A stretch of 64,000 nucleotides of DNA, from assembly GCA_002269645.1 (NCBI GenBank), contig NIVC01000957.1, positions 248,001 through 312,000 on the forward strand. Direction: 5' to 3'. The notes under the pieces are model-generated. The model saw nothing but the letters and a program-made list of their open reading frames with translations. It did not search any database and was not told the origin of the DNA. The position numbers and the translations under genes were made by a program. Shown one piece after another: positions 11,245 through 25,455 of this stretch; position 1 is the first letter of the stretch, and each line of letters opens with the position of its first letter. The stretch is from Macrostomum lignano (taxonomy: Eukaryota).

Positions 11245-14200
11245 TTGTTGATGATAATCTGGCACCGGCTCTTGACCGAGTCGGTACCGTAGATGCTCAA
11301 GCACTCGCGCCGCCTGTCGAATATGGCGTGTGACAGTTCCGGAAGACGTTTACGCAGCTCGGACTCCGACCTGGCCAGCAGAAGGCTTCTGAGAGCGTCA
11401 TTCCTGCTGCAGTCCAGCTCGTACGGCATCAGCGACTTTCTCAGGTGCTGATAGGTGAAGGACCAGGTGGTGACATCCTGTGTGTCGACGTCAATTTTTA
11501 CCTTTTTCACTTCGACTCCACGATGTTTCTCACGGTAGTCCGTATTTATATTAATTGACACGGGGTTAACTCGCAGCATATTTTGAATAGCAGTAGGGAA
11601 CAGCGAACTCCGCACCTCAATGTCCCGCTTCACTTCAAGCAGTAGCGGCTCTGAGGCGGAAAAAATTTCGCTGGAAACAATTAGCGGAGGAAAAATTAAC
11701 TCGAACTTTGAGCCAGCGAATGCGGACGCCTTGTAAGCATTTTGCTTTGCCAGGAATATACTTTTTCGTTCTCGGCCGCGAACGGGGTAACCATGCGACC
11801 AATTAGACAGATTTGCCAAAGCAAAACCTTTCAGCTGTTTAAACTCCCTAGCAAACACAATGTAGTCGTCATCGTATCTGAAACAAATCGTCACTTGCCA
11901 GTCAAAGAAGCCAGAATTGGGTGGATCTCGAATCCCAAATTGATAGTTTTCTTCGTCATCTACAAATTCCGAACTGAATACGGCTCTTAAAATTTCAAGC
12001 ACTCGCGCGCCAGCGGCCTCCTTTGATAGGGCATTATCTTGGTGCTCGCGGCGCATCGTAACTCTCGGGTTCATAGAGTCCAGCAGCACAGCAGAGCGAG
12101 CAAGCTCATTAGCAATAACATCTTCATCGATCCATAACGGCACGTCAAAAATGATTAGCTTTTCAGGATCTCTCTTGTCAAGGGCCATTTTACTTGCCCA
12201 AAAGCTGTTGTTGAGTGACAGAGAAGTTACGCGTTCAAGAACGCTGCTAGCATCTTCCGGATTGTCGAATGAAACATTGGCAAAACCTGTAGGGTACCGG
12301 CGAGGAAAAGTGAGCCGCAGCTTCAGCTCGTTTAAGTCGCAGGTTTGCTGTCTGTCCGTGCTATTAGAGTACGAATGTGGCTTTATCTGGGCTAAATACG
12401 CCACCTCAGATGCATTTAGCTTTTCAACTAGTTTCTGAGCGACGACTGGCGACTCGGCTATCAGAAACTTGCCCTTTTCGTTAACTTGAATTTCACCGAA
12501 TTCGTGACCGTACTTTGTAGCAACGGCGTTGAGCAACGGGATTGAAATAGGTTGATTCGGCATCCGTGCCAGCAATTTGACAGCGCTGGATTCGCCAGTG
12601 AGATTGAGCTGAGAGATGACGAATCCCGGAGAAAGCCGAATATGGCATGGTAGCTGGGTCTGATCAGGGGTCAGAGACGTCAAAGAACACAGAGTGTCGA
12701 CAGTTTCTTTAACGAAGTCATCTGTCATCGCCCTAGCGGCTGCCAGAGAAGAAGCTGGCTCGCATACAATGTCAACAAAGTGAAGTTCAAAGTTGCAGTG
12801 AACTTCAAACAACTTTGGTTTAAGCTTCTCTTTCACATTTTCTGTTAGTTTATTTAAAGCGACGCGGCCACGGCCGACAAGCCGCTTCATGACTTCCGTG
12901 CTGACTGGCATGATGCGCGTGACTGTTCTGAAGATGGCCTCGCTAGTCAAATTTCGATCGGAGAGCCACTCAGGAGACACCGGTGTAATATTTAGTAAAT
13001 AAGTTTGCTCTGTCTCAAGCAATTTGGTGTACACAGCGAACGGGAAGTTGACGGCGTTGCTAAACACTGAGGATGGATGAATTTTCAATAGCTGGCCAGT
13101 GCTCACTTCAACAAAGCCAATTCGAGGATTGCCCGAGTAGGCGCACAGCTTATCTGAGAAAACTCGATAGATGCACTCCTGGACAGCGGAAGCAAAATTT
13201 CCATTATCCGAAAAAGTTTCAGACACTTGCATCTTGAGGTCGTACTTTATTGCACGCTGCAAGTCGGCGACCTTCTCATTAACTGAGCGCATCGACTTGT
13301 TGTTAACGCAGTTTTTCACTGACCATTTCGTTCTCAAGTTATCCGGGCGAGATCGCCAATCTTTGAAAACTTGCATGCTAGTGAGAAGATCGCCGTCATC
13401 AGAGGCATAAAACTCTTTGGTCTTTGTAGCATCTTGACGCTCAGCATCTGTCTTGCCTCTAAAGAATACTTGTCCCGATAAGGTGATGAGCGAAGCCAGA
13501 ACCATTCCTTCCATTGCCAGGTTATTTTCGCAGAGAAGCAAAATCATTTTAGCAAGGCGCGGCTCAGCCGGTATTTTCGCAATCTTTTTGCCCAATTCTG
13601 TCAGCTGACCTTCGCTGAATGCGCCAATGAATTCCAGCGCGCTCATTGCACTGTTCAGGCCCTGGCGCGACGGCGGCGTCAAATAGTCAAACTCAAGCGG
13701 ATTCAATCCAAGCTCCAGAATTCGGATGGCGACTCCAGATAAATCGATGCGCTGTATCTCTGGCACAGTTGACTCGCTCATTGCCTCGTACTCCGCCTGA
13801 GTGTAAAGTCGATAGCAGCAACCGTTTTGAGTTCTACCAGCCCGGCCTTTTCTTTGATCGGCGCTGTTGCGCGAGATCTCGCCTACAACGAGAGCGTCCA
13901 TGTTCCTGACAGGGTCGAATGCGTTTTGCTTGGAGAGCCCGGAGTCAACGACAACAACAACGCCCGGAATTGTTAGAGAAGTTTCGGCGCAATTTGTCGC
14001 AAAAATTACTTTTCTGGAGTTTTTGTCTTTTACCTCCTCCATTGCCAGCTGTTGATCCTCTGGCTGCAGCTGCCCGTGCAGAGGATAAGAGGGTATTTTG
14101 CTCTGCGTGCCAATTTTTCTCTGAAACAACGCACTAGCATTCTCTGTGTCTTTTGGGGTCGTCAGAAAAACCAGCATGTTTCCATGCGGAACATTGCGAT

Positions 14201-15553
14201 CCAAACACAGTTCTACCACTTTGTCAACTGCTGTTTCAAAGTATTTTTCACTCTTGTCCATCTTTTTGTCGCTATATTGAACGTCAACTCGATACACTCG
14301 TCCAGGAATTTTGGCATGAGCTTTTGAGAAATCATCGAAAAAGCTCAGAAACAGGTGGGGATTGATGGTGGCAGAAGTTATGAGCACCTTTAGTTCCGGT
14401 CGCAGTTTCAGGGCCTGCTTCAACAGACCAATGATAAGATCGGTGTGCAGGTTCCGCTCATGCGCCTCGTCCACTACAATGCAGTTGTATTCAGAGAGTC
14501 TCGGGTCGCTAACACACAATTTCAACAGTTGAAAGTCCGTCATAAAGACAATTTTAGTTTCTTCTTTAACTGGCTTGCCGCCAACCATTGAAGCCACTAA
14601 GCTGCCGTTTTTGCAGTTCATCTGCTTGGCCACGTACTCGGAGAGGCTTCTGGCAGCAAGGCGTCTAGGCTGCGTGCAGGCGATCTTGCCCGGAAATAAC
14701 CCGGAAGTCTGCAAATACTGCACGATCTGCGTGCTCTTGCCAGAGCCAGTCTCGGCCACGAACACGCTTACTTGGTTGTCGAGAACCAAGTTCACAATCT
14801 CCTCCTTATATGGGTAGATAGGTAAGCCAAGCAGGGACTGCCTCTCGCTCTGTTGCAGACTTCCGACGATTTGGTGAATATTTTCCACAGTGCCTTCATC
14901 GCCAGAGTCCAAGTACTTCAGCTTTACCTTGCACTCGTGACAGTCGCGCTCAAACACCTTGGTGGCTCTAGTGATTTCTTCCACTTTGTCGCCAGCAAAT
15001 TCATCGTTATCCAGGATTTGGCGGAGCTTAGTAGCAAGCTGTCGTGTTACACGCTTTTCAGCAGCATCGATTTTTTGTACAGCCTGCTTATTAGCATCAG
15101 CAATCAGACGGGCAAGAGTGGCTGCATCCACGCTCACATTGAGTGCCATTGTGATTGCAGCATCCATGCTGGGCCAATTGCATTTAGTTTTCAGAAAACA
15201 TTTCAGTGAGCCTTCAATACATCTAGCCATGTCAATATTAGATGCATAGATGCGGCCAACAGTTGTACTCTGGCTATACTCAAAGAATTCGATGCTACTA
15301 GCAGTGCAGCCTTCAATCATGCTAACTTTAGTGCAAACTGCTTCGCGTGATTTGCACAGATGTTCGCTAGCATTGCTAGCTAGGCAGAGAGCAATCACGT
15401 GAAATTTACCTCGTTGACACTTTTGATTTTCCATAAACATATCCAATGTGCCTTTGGCGCTTATATTATTAGACAAATTTCCAAAAAGCAGATCAGGACT
15501 TCGAGCTTTTTGTACAGGCCTTGGAACTGGCTGACTAGCATTTGAAGATGGAC
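11245..15553 (-). CDS. DEAH-box RNA helicase (DEAH/RHA family), single 4.3-kb exon, fused downstream to RING1-IBR (architecture like plant DEAH11/DEAH12)
   Basis: Motifs AETGSGKST (I), TQPRRLAA (Ia), DEAH (II), SAT (III), TNCAETSLTIPG (V), QRKGRAGR (VI), HA2-like PAEPRLAKM and OB-fold IHPSSV; ttttag acceptor at 15554 and AA|GTAAGT donor at 11244. Confidence 0.95.
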
Positions 15554-18483
15554 CTAAAATTATCAAAAGAAATGGTTTTGTCAGAAATTTTTAGTAATAT
15601 AAAGTTAAAAACTTAAATTTAGTACTGAAATACTGATAATACATAAAACATGTGTACTAATAAATATACTTCTATTCACTTTCAACCAAAACTAAATGGC
15701 AAATGTATTATAAAAAATACAACAATGGTTTTAGTACATACAAAGTAATTTAGAAATTTTTAAGCCTAATATTATTAATAAAAAATAAAATTTCAATTTT
15801 ATCATATAAGAAACATGAATTATTAGATGAAATTCTGATAAAGTTAAAAAGCTTTATAAACTAAGACTTAAAAATAATATATATATTAAGGAATAGATCA
15901 TAAATACAAGCGTAATACTAAAAATCTTTCTATAATCTGCATAAATCATGAATAGTGCTATTGAACCCAGATATGCAGTTTAAAAATAATGATGGATACT
16001 ATGATTAGACATTTAGTATAGGTGGATTTTAGCAAGAATTTGAGTTTTGAGTATCCTATTCCTAGTCCTAGATACAAAAAGGAATTATTAGTAGACTGCT
16101 TGGATTAAATAAAATTATGTTCACTTACTTGGATTATCCCACTTCCACCCACTTTTACTTCTGATCATTTTATCAAATGTTAAGATCCAGCTGAGAGGTT
16201 ATAATTAACCGCTAGCTCGGGCCAGTGGTCTGGACGCGGACAGCAAAATCCTTTAGTATGATTGTCTAGTCTGTGACTTGTATCTTGTGGAATTAGTAAA
16301 TAAGGACAAATAAAACTAACAGCAACTGACATGAAATAGCAGAACACCGTATAACGTTCAGTTACTTAAGTGTACGTCTGTCTGTCTGTACACTGTACTA
16401 AACAACAACTGAACTGTTAGAAAGCGAAAACTACTTAAAATAAAGTACTTTCTCTATCAACGTGAAATTTATCCAGACAGTTTTGCTTAATTTAAAAAAA
16501 TTGGCTTTGTTTTCTTAAAGTCTGTTGAAGCATTTTTGCGTTTTGTATTGTTGAAAACTTCTCCGAATATATTTGCACAATGAACTTTGTTTCAACGTTC
16601 TGATATTCTTACGGTATAGTATGAGTCCTATGTAAATGGACCCATAAATTGCATGCTGGATTACGGGACTAACAACAACCGCGACCGCGACAAACTGCAG
16701 CAGCCATGTACAAGATAAGCTGCACTGCCGTAAAAAAGCGTGCACAAGCGCAGAGTTGCGCAAAACCTGGGACAAAATTAAATTACCTATTTTCGTACAA
16801 ATTAGAAGCACGGACGATTGAATTCGTCATTGTTTTGAAATTACAATTGAACCGTAACATCTAGTTTTATTTTCTAACTTCTTGGAACCTTATTAAATTA
16901 ACTTTTATTCACTTTTATTCCTAGCGGATTCTGTTGTAGAACCAAGCTAGGACAACTAATTAAAGCAACGTATGTACAGGACGCGATACTCACGTTTCGT
17001 GGTAAAAGTTTTGAAGGCCACTTTTCGCCGAAAATTACACTACGGAGATAGAGAGTTTTCATCTTTTCAGCAAAAAAATTGTTATTGCTTTCGATTGAGG
17101 CAGACCCAGTGTTCATATTTTGATATTTTTCCTTTCTTATAGCTCTATTTGTTAATACATGGTATACCTTTGTCGATAGCTTACAATCAATATTTAGCTG
17201 TCTGCTGGCGCGATCTTTGTAGTTGTTCGAGTGGGTTCTCTAAAGCTTCGGTTGGTCACTCTGGAGCCCGACGGGCGTACGGGCTGCCTGGGGGCGAGTG
17301 TGGTTGGAGGGGCGTGCCGGGGTCTTTTTCCTACTGATCCATCTTTTCTGATTCGTGGCATTCACCACCACTGTCAAGTCTGTTGGTTCCGGGCGGTAAT
17401 CAGCTCAAGGACCAGCTGTTAGAATGTTTGTTGTGACTTGCTTGTGAAAGCGAAGCCGCCACATGCAGCTTCCTCTATGCGATTCACCGACTCTTTAGCA
17501 GCTGGCCCGTCCCTTTACTATCGGAGCGTGGTTTAGCGTGGTTTAGCGTTTTTTAGCGTGGTTTAGCTGCTTGTTCCCCATGCTCTCTTTTTTAGCGTTC
17601 GCTTTTCTCACTAGTAAAAGCCCCTTTCTCGTCGTCAATGAAGCTCTGGGGCCTGACGCTAGCAAGCAGTGTTGCAGCAATGCTTACCGGTAAATGATTA
17701 GTCAATTTGTTGCTCTTTTCCACGTGGTAAGCACTATGAGAGCAGCCAGTGTGAGGTGTGACAACCTAATTGCTGGCAGTTCTAAACAACATTTGTGTAG
17801 GAATCATGACCAGGCTGCTGTACATAGTCATCTAATCGTAGCAGCGCCTACTGAGAAAGTCATGGTAGCTAGGTCGCCCCGAGCTTTCGGCGGCGGGCTC
17901 AGCCGGAAGGCGATTAAAGCCGCTGCTGGTCTCTTTGCGCCCACTCGCACATCTGTGCGATGCTGCATGGGAAGGCTTTGAGGGCACATTTGAACGGGTT
18001 TTGACTGACTTAACATACGTGCGGAGACGGTGCAATGCAATAATGCCTAGGGGTTTTCGGGGCTTTGCACAATTATCACATTTAAATTTAGTTTTTAGCC
18101 ATTTTTGACCCTTTCCATTTAATTTTAATTCAATATGAGATACGGAAAGGAATTACCTGAGGCCAACATTTTTTTTCCAGGAATCTGTGGCGTCAGCGTT
18201 TTTTCATTATAGGGAGTCTTACAATCGAAATTAAAATTTCCTGAAGGCCGGGTTGGAATTCTGTTATTACGAGCGTATTTGCGCACTTTTTAAGACTAAT
18301 AAAGCTGCTAATTTTTCATTTGTTTTTGAACTTACGTCGTCACCCAAAAGTGTTTCCAGTCAGATTGAAATACAAAAAGTTTGATAAGGTTTTGAAGAAA
18401 ATTTTCGAACCCAGGGTACCAGACCCAGAAAAAGTTGCCGGCCCAAACATTCCTAGCAATGCCTTTCAGATGCAGGATCTCAC

Positions 18484-18610
18484 CTGAAGAGCCTCGAATA
18501 GGGAAACTATGTTCACCCTCAGTCATGCGCTGACGTGAAGGATCGAGCAGTCTTCGACAGGAGCCTCTGAGCACAGGATCGCTTTCACCTCTTGAAGCCG
18601 GTGGGGGCAT
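18484..18610 (-). CDS. Candidate first coding exon of the helicase-RBR gene
   Basis: ATG at 18610; CAG|GTGAGA donor at 18483; 127 nt gives phase 1, matching the phase-1 acceptor at 15554. No homology support, and intervening exons are possible. Confidence 0.4.
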
Positions 18611-19219
18611 GGCAGGAACCCTAGTTCACTCAAAGTAGCCAAAGATTGTCGCCCACTCAGAGCGCTCTCTGGCTTGACCCTCGGGTGGACGTTTAGACTG
18701 AATTGAAACTGAAAACTTGGCTGGAAATTTCCTACCGCCTCATTAAACGACTGCTTTTGTGTAAACTCTACCCGATGGAAATCTGTTTAAAAAATCTGCT
18801 TCTTCTGCAACAAACTGAGGGGAGGTGTGACTGAGTGATGGAACAGAACTTTAAAGAGCAAAATGTAGCGCTAATTCACCACAGAAGCATAGTAATATCT
18901 GCAAGGAGAACGAGCTTGAGGAATTGTCTCGTTGTCTCGGCCTTCGGTACGAGCAGGGAGACTCAGCACCCAGTCCCGCTGCTTGCGAACCAACTGCCGC
19001 ACTAGCGCCCAAGCATAGGGCAGTAGTGCGACCAGGGTTGCAGCAAACGCACAGGCCCTGGTGACAATGCCCTAACTGAATCAAAAAGAACAGAGTCAGG
19101 ATGACACTTACGGTTGCCGGCGGCACTTCGTCGCTCGTAGAGGGGCTCAAAATTACAAACCACAGTATATATTTTATATTTTATACTTTATATTTTATAT
19201 TTTTATATATTTTACCACA

Positions 19220-22200
19220 GTAAAAAATCATAGAAGCGTCATGTAAATATCATAGAAGCGTCATGTAAAAAATCATAGAAGCGTCATGTAAAAATCATAG
19301 AAGCGTCATGTAAAAATCATAGAAGCGTCATACAAAAATCATAGAAGCGTCATGTAAAAATCATAGAAGCGTCATACAAAACTCAGAGAAGCGTCATGTA
19401 AAAAATCATAGAAGCGTCATGTAAAAATCATAGAAGCGTCATGTAAATCATAGAAGCGTCATGTAAAAAATCATAGAAGCGTCATGTAAAAATCATAGAA
19501 GCGTCATGTAAAAATCATAGAAGCGTCATACAAAAATCATAGAAGCGTCATGTAAAAATCATAGAAGCGTCGTGTAAAAATCATAGAAGCGTCCTGTAAA
19601 AATCACAGAAGCGTCATGTAAAAATCATAGAATCGTCATGTAAAAAATCATAGAAGCGTCATACAAAAATCATAGAAGCGTCATACAAAAATCATAGAAT
19701 CGTCATGTAAAAATCATAGAAGCGTCATGTAAAAATCATAGAAGCGTCATACAAAAATCATAGAACCGTCATGTAAAAATCATAGAAGCGTCATACAAAA
19801 ATCATAGAATCGTCATGTAAAAATCATAGAAGCGTCATGTAAAAATCATAGAATCGTCATGTAAAAATCATAGAAGCGTCATGTAAAAAATCACAGAAGC
19901 GTCATGTAAATCATAGAAGCGTCATGTAAAAAATCATAGAAGCGTCATAAAAATTATAGAAGCGTCATGTAAAAATCATAGAAGCGTCATACAAAAATCA
20001 TAGAATCGTCATGTAAAAATCATAGAAGCGTCATGTAAAAATCATAGAAGCGTCGTGTAAAAATCATAGAAGCGTCATGTAAACAATCATAAAGCGTCAT
20101 GTAAAAAATTATACAAGCGTCATGTAAATATCATAGAAGCGTCATGTAAAAAATCATAGAAGCGTCATAAAAAATTATAGAAGCGTCATGTAAACAATCA
20201 TAGAAGCGTCATGTAAAAATCATAGAAGCGTCATGTAAACAATCATAGAAGCGTCATGTAAAAAACCATAGAAGCGTCATGTAAAAAATCATAAAAGCGT
20301 CATGAAAAAATCATAGAAGCGTCATGTAAACAATCATAGAAGCGTCATGTAAAAAATCATAGAAGCGTCATGTAAAAATCATAGAAGCGTCATGTAAAAA
20401 ATCATAGAAGCGTCATGTAAAAATCATAGAAGCGTCATGTAAAAATCATAGAAGCGTCATGTACATCATAGAAGCGTCATGTAAAAAATCATAGAAGTGT
20501 CATGTAAAAATCATAGAAGCGTCATGTAAAAATCATAGAAGCGTCATACAAAAATCATAGAAGCGTCATGTAAAAAATCATAGAAGCGTCATGTAAAAAT
20601 CATAGAAGCGTCATGTAAAAATCATAGAAGCGTCATACAAAAATCATAGAATTGTCATGTAAAAATCATAGAAGCGTCATACAAAAATCATAGAATCGTC
20701 ATGTAAAAATCATAGAAGCGTCATGTAAAAATCATAGAAGCGTCGTGTAAAAATCATAGAAGCGTCCTGTAAAAATCACAGAAGCGTCATGTAAAAATCA
20801 TAGAATCGTCATGTAAAAAATCATAGAGGCGTCATACAAAAATCATAGAATCGTCATGTAAAAATCATAGAAGCGTCATGTAAAAATCATAGAAGCGTCA
20901 TACAAAAATCATAGAAGCGTCATGTAAATCATAGAAGCGTCATGTAAAAAATCATAGAAGCGTCATACAAAAATCATTGAATCGTCATGTAAAAATCATA
21001 GAAGCGTCATACAAAAATCATAGAATCGTCATGTAAAAATCATAGAAGCGTCATGTAAAAAATCGTAGAAGCGTCATGTAAATCATAGAAGCGTCATGTA
21101 AAAAATCATAGAAGCGTCATAAAAATTATAGAAGCGTCATGTAAAAATCATAGAAGCGTCATACAAAAATCATAGAATCGTCATGTAAAAATCATAGAAG
21201 CGTCATGTAAAAATCATAGAAGCGTCGTGTAAAAATCATAGAAGCGTCGTGTAAAAATCATAGAAGCGTCATACAAAAATCATAGAACCGTCATGTAAAA
21301 ATCATAGAAGCGTCATACAAAAATCATAGAATCGTCATGTAAAAATCATAGAAGCGTCATGTAAAAATCATAGAAGCGTCCTGTAAAAATCACAGAAGCG
21401 TCATGTAAAAATCATACCGGTAGAATCGTCATGTAAAAAATCATAGAAGCGTCAATGTAAAAAATCATAGAAGCGTCAAGTAAACAATCATAGAAGCGTC
21501 ATGTAAATAATCATAAAAGCGTCATGTAAAAAATTATAGAAGCGTCATGTAAATATCATAGAAGCGTCATGTAAAAAATCATAGAAGCGTCATGTAAAAA
21601 TCATAGAAGCGTCATGTAAAAAATCATAGAAGCGTCATGTAAAAATCATAGAAGCGTCATGTAAAAATCATAGAAGCGTCATGTAAAAATCATAGAAGCG
21701 TCATGTAAAAAATCATAGAAGCGTCATGTAAATCATAGAAGCGTCATGTAAAAAATCACAGAAGCGTCATAAAAAATTATAGAAGCGTCATGTAAAAATC
21801 ATAAAAGCGTCATGTAAAAATCATAGAAGCGTCATACAAAAATCATAGAATCGTCATGTAAAAATCATAGAAGCGTCATGTAAAAATCATAGAAGCGTCA
21901 TGTAAAACATCATAGAAGCGTCATAAAAAATTATAGAAGCGTCATGTAAAAATCATAGAAGCGTCATACAAAAATCATAGAAGCGTCATGAAAAAAATCA
22001 TAAAAGCGTCATGTAAAAATCATAGAAGCGTCATGTAAAAATCATAGAAGCGTCATGTAAAAAATCATAGAAGCGTCATGTAAATCATAGAAGCGTCATG
22101 TAAAAAATCATAGAAGCGTCATAAAAAATTATAGAAGCGTCATGTAAAAATCATAGAAGCGTCATGTAAAAATCATAGAAGCGTCATACAAAAATCATAG

Positions 22201-25200
22201 AATCGTCATGTAAAAATCATAGAAGCGTCATGTAAACAATCATAGTAGCGTCATGTAAAAATCATAGAAGCGTCATAAAAAATTATAGAAGCGTCATGTA
22301 AAAATCATAGAAGCGTCATACAAAAGTCATTGAATCGTCATGTAAAAATCATAGAAGCGTCATGTAAAAATCATAGAAGCGTCGTGTAAAAATCATAGAA
22401 GCGTAATGAAAAAATCATAAAAGCGTCATGAAAAAATCATAGAAGCGCCATGAAAAAATCATAGAAGCGTCATGTAAACAATCATAGAAGCGTCACGTAA
22501 AATATCATAAAAGCGTAATGAAAAAATCATAGAAGCGTCATGAAAAAATCATAGAAGCGCCATGTAAATATCAGAGAAGCGTCATGTAAACAATCATAGA
22601 AGCGTCATGTAAACAATCATAGAAGTGTCATGTAAAAAATCATAGAAGTGTCATGTAAAAATCATAGAAGCGTCATGTAAACAATCATAGAAGCGTCATG
22701 TAAACAATCATAGAAGCGTCATGTAAAAAATCATAGAAGCGTCATGTAAACAATCATAGAAGTGTCATGTACAAATCATAGAAGCGTCATGTAAAAATCA
22801 TAGAAGCGTCATGTAAAAAATCATAGAAGCGTCATGTAAAAATCATAGAAGCGTCATGTAAAAATCATAGAAGCGTCATGTACATCATAGAAGCGTCATG
22901 TAAAAAATCATAGAAGTGTCATGTAAAAATCATAGAAGCGTCATGTAAAAATCATAGAAGCGTCATACAAAAATCATAGAAGCGTCATGTAAAAAATCAT
23001 AGAAGCGTCATGTAAAAATCATAGAAGCGTCATGTAAAAATCATAGAAGCGTCATACAAAAATCATAGAATTGTCATGTAAAAATCATAGAAGCGTCATA
23101 CAAAAATCATAGAATCGTCATGTAAAAATCATAGAAGCGTCATGTAAAAATCATAGAAGCGTCGTGTAAAAATCATAGAAGCGTCCTGTAAAAATCACAG
23201 AAGCGTCATGTAAAAATCATAGAATCGTCATGTAAAAAATCATAGAGGCGTCATACAAAAATCATAGAATCGTCATGTAAAAATCATAGAAGCGTCATGT
23301 AAAAATCATAGAAGCGTCATACAAAAATCATAGAAGCGTCATGTAAATCATAGAAGCGTCATGTAAAAAATCATAGAAGCGTCATACAAAAATCATTGAA
23401 TCGTCATGTAAAAATCATAGAAGCGTCATACAAAAATCATAGAATCGTCATGTAAAAATCATAGAAGCGTCATGTAAAAAATCGTAGAAGCGTCATGTAA
23501 ATCATAGAAGCGTCATGTAAAAAATCATAGAAGCGTCATAAAAATTATAGAAGCGTCATGTAAAAATCATAGAAGCGTCATACAAAAATCATAGAATCGT
23601 CATGTAAAAATCATAGAAGCGTCATGTAAAAATCATAGAAGCGTCGTGTAAAAATCATAGAAGCGTCGTGTAAAAATCATAGAAGCGTCATACAAAAATC
23701 ATAGAACCGTCATGTAAAAATCATAGAAGCGTCATACAAAAATCATAGAATCGTCATGTAAAAATCATAGAAGCGTCATGTAAAAATCATAGAAGCGTCA
23801 TGTAAAAATCATAGAAGCGTCATGTAAAAATCATACCGGTAGAATCGTCATGTAAAAAATCATAGAAGCGTCATGTAAAAAATCATAGAAGCGTCAAGTA
23901 AACAATCATAGAAGCGTCGTGTAAAAATCATAGAAGCGTCATGTAAAAAATTATAGAAGCGTCATGTAAATATCATAGAAGCGTCATGTAAAAAATCATA
24001 GAAGCGTCATGTAAAAATCATAGAAGCGTCATGTAAAAAATCATAGAAGCGTCATGTAAAAATCATAGAAGCGTCATGTAAAAATCATAGAAGCGTCATG
24101 TAAAAATCATAGAAGCGTCATGTAAAAAATCATAGAAGCGTCATGTAAATCATAGAAGCGTCATGTAAAAAATCACAGAAGCGTCATAAAAAATTATAGA
24201 AGCGTCATGTAAAAATCATAAAAGCGTCATGTAAAAATCATAGAAGCGTCATACAAAAATCATAGAATCGTCATGTAAAAATCATAGAAGCGTCATGTAA
24301 AAATCATAGAAGCGTCATGTAAAACATCATAGAAGCGTCATAAAAAATTATAGAAGCGTCATGTAAAAATCATAGAAGCGTCATACAAAAATCATAGAAG
24401 CGTCATGAAAAAAATCATAAAAGCGTCATGTAAAAATCATAGAAGCGTCATGTAAAAATCATAGAAGCGTCATGTAAAAAATCATAGAAGCGTCATGTAA
24501 AATATAGCGTCATGTAAAAATCATAGAAGCGTCATAAAAAATTATAGAAGCGTCATGTAAAAATCATAGAAGCGTCATGTAAAAATCATAGAAGCGTCAT
24601 ACAAAAATCATAGAATCGTCATGTAAAAATCATAGAAGCGTCATGTAAACAATCATAGTAGCGTCATGTAAAAATCATAGAAGCGTCATAAAAAATTATA
24701 GAAGCGTCATGTAAAAATCATAGAAGCGTCATACAAAAGTCATTGAATCGTCATGTAAAAATCATAGAAGCGTCATGTAAAAATCATAGAAGCGTCGTGT
24801 AAAAATCATAGAAGCGTAATGAAAAAATCATAAAAGCGTCATGAAAAAATCATAGAAGCGCCATGAAAAAATCATAGAAGCGTCATGTAAACAATCATAG
24901 AAGCGTCACGTAAAATATCATAAAAGCGTAATGAAAAAATCATAGAAGCGTCATGAAAAAATCATAGAAGCGCCATGTAAATATCAGAGAAGCGTCATGT
25001 AAACAATCATAGAAGCGTCATGTAAACAATCATAGAAGTGTCATGTAAAAAATCATAGAAGTGTCATGTAAAAATCATAGAAGCGTCATGTAAACAATCA
25101 TAGAAGCGTCATGTAAACAATCATAGAAGCGTCATGTAAAAAATCATAGAAGCGTCATGTAAACAATCATAGAAGTGTCATGTACAAATCATAGAAGCGT

Positions 25201-25455
25201 CATGTAAAAAATCATAGAAGCGTCATGTAAAGAATCATAGAAGTGTCATGTACAAATCATAGAAGCGTCATGTAAAAAATCATAGAAGCGTCATGTAAAC
25301 AATCATAGAAGTGTCATGTACAAATCATAGAAGCGTCATGTAAACAATCATAGAAGCCTCATATAAAAACTAATGAAAGTGTCATTTAAAAAATTAAGAA
25401 GCATCATGGAAGAATAAAAGAAGCGTCATGTAAAAATCAAAAGAAGCGTCATGTC
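19220..25455. repeat. Satellite array, about 22-bp unit GTAAAAATCATAGAAGCGTCAT (about 280 copies), with a 2419-bp higher-order duplication
   Basis: Continuous 20-23-bp units; rare variants recur at +2419; the array decays after about 25345. Confidence 0.97.

Noticed and set aside
11742-15249. Plus-strand ORFs opposite the helicase (and antisense ORFs over the MACPF genes, piggyBac and SLC24 exon 3)
   Set aside because: They are shadow frames of real coding sequence and contain no recognisable motifs.
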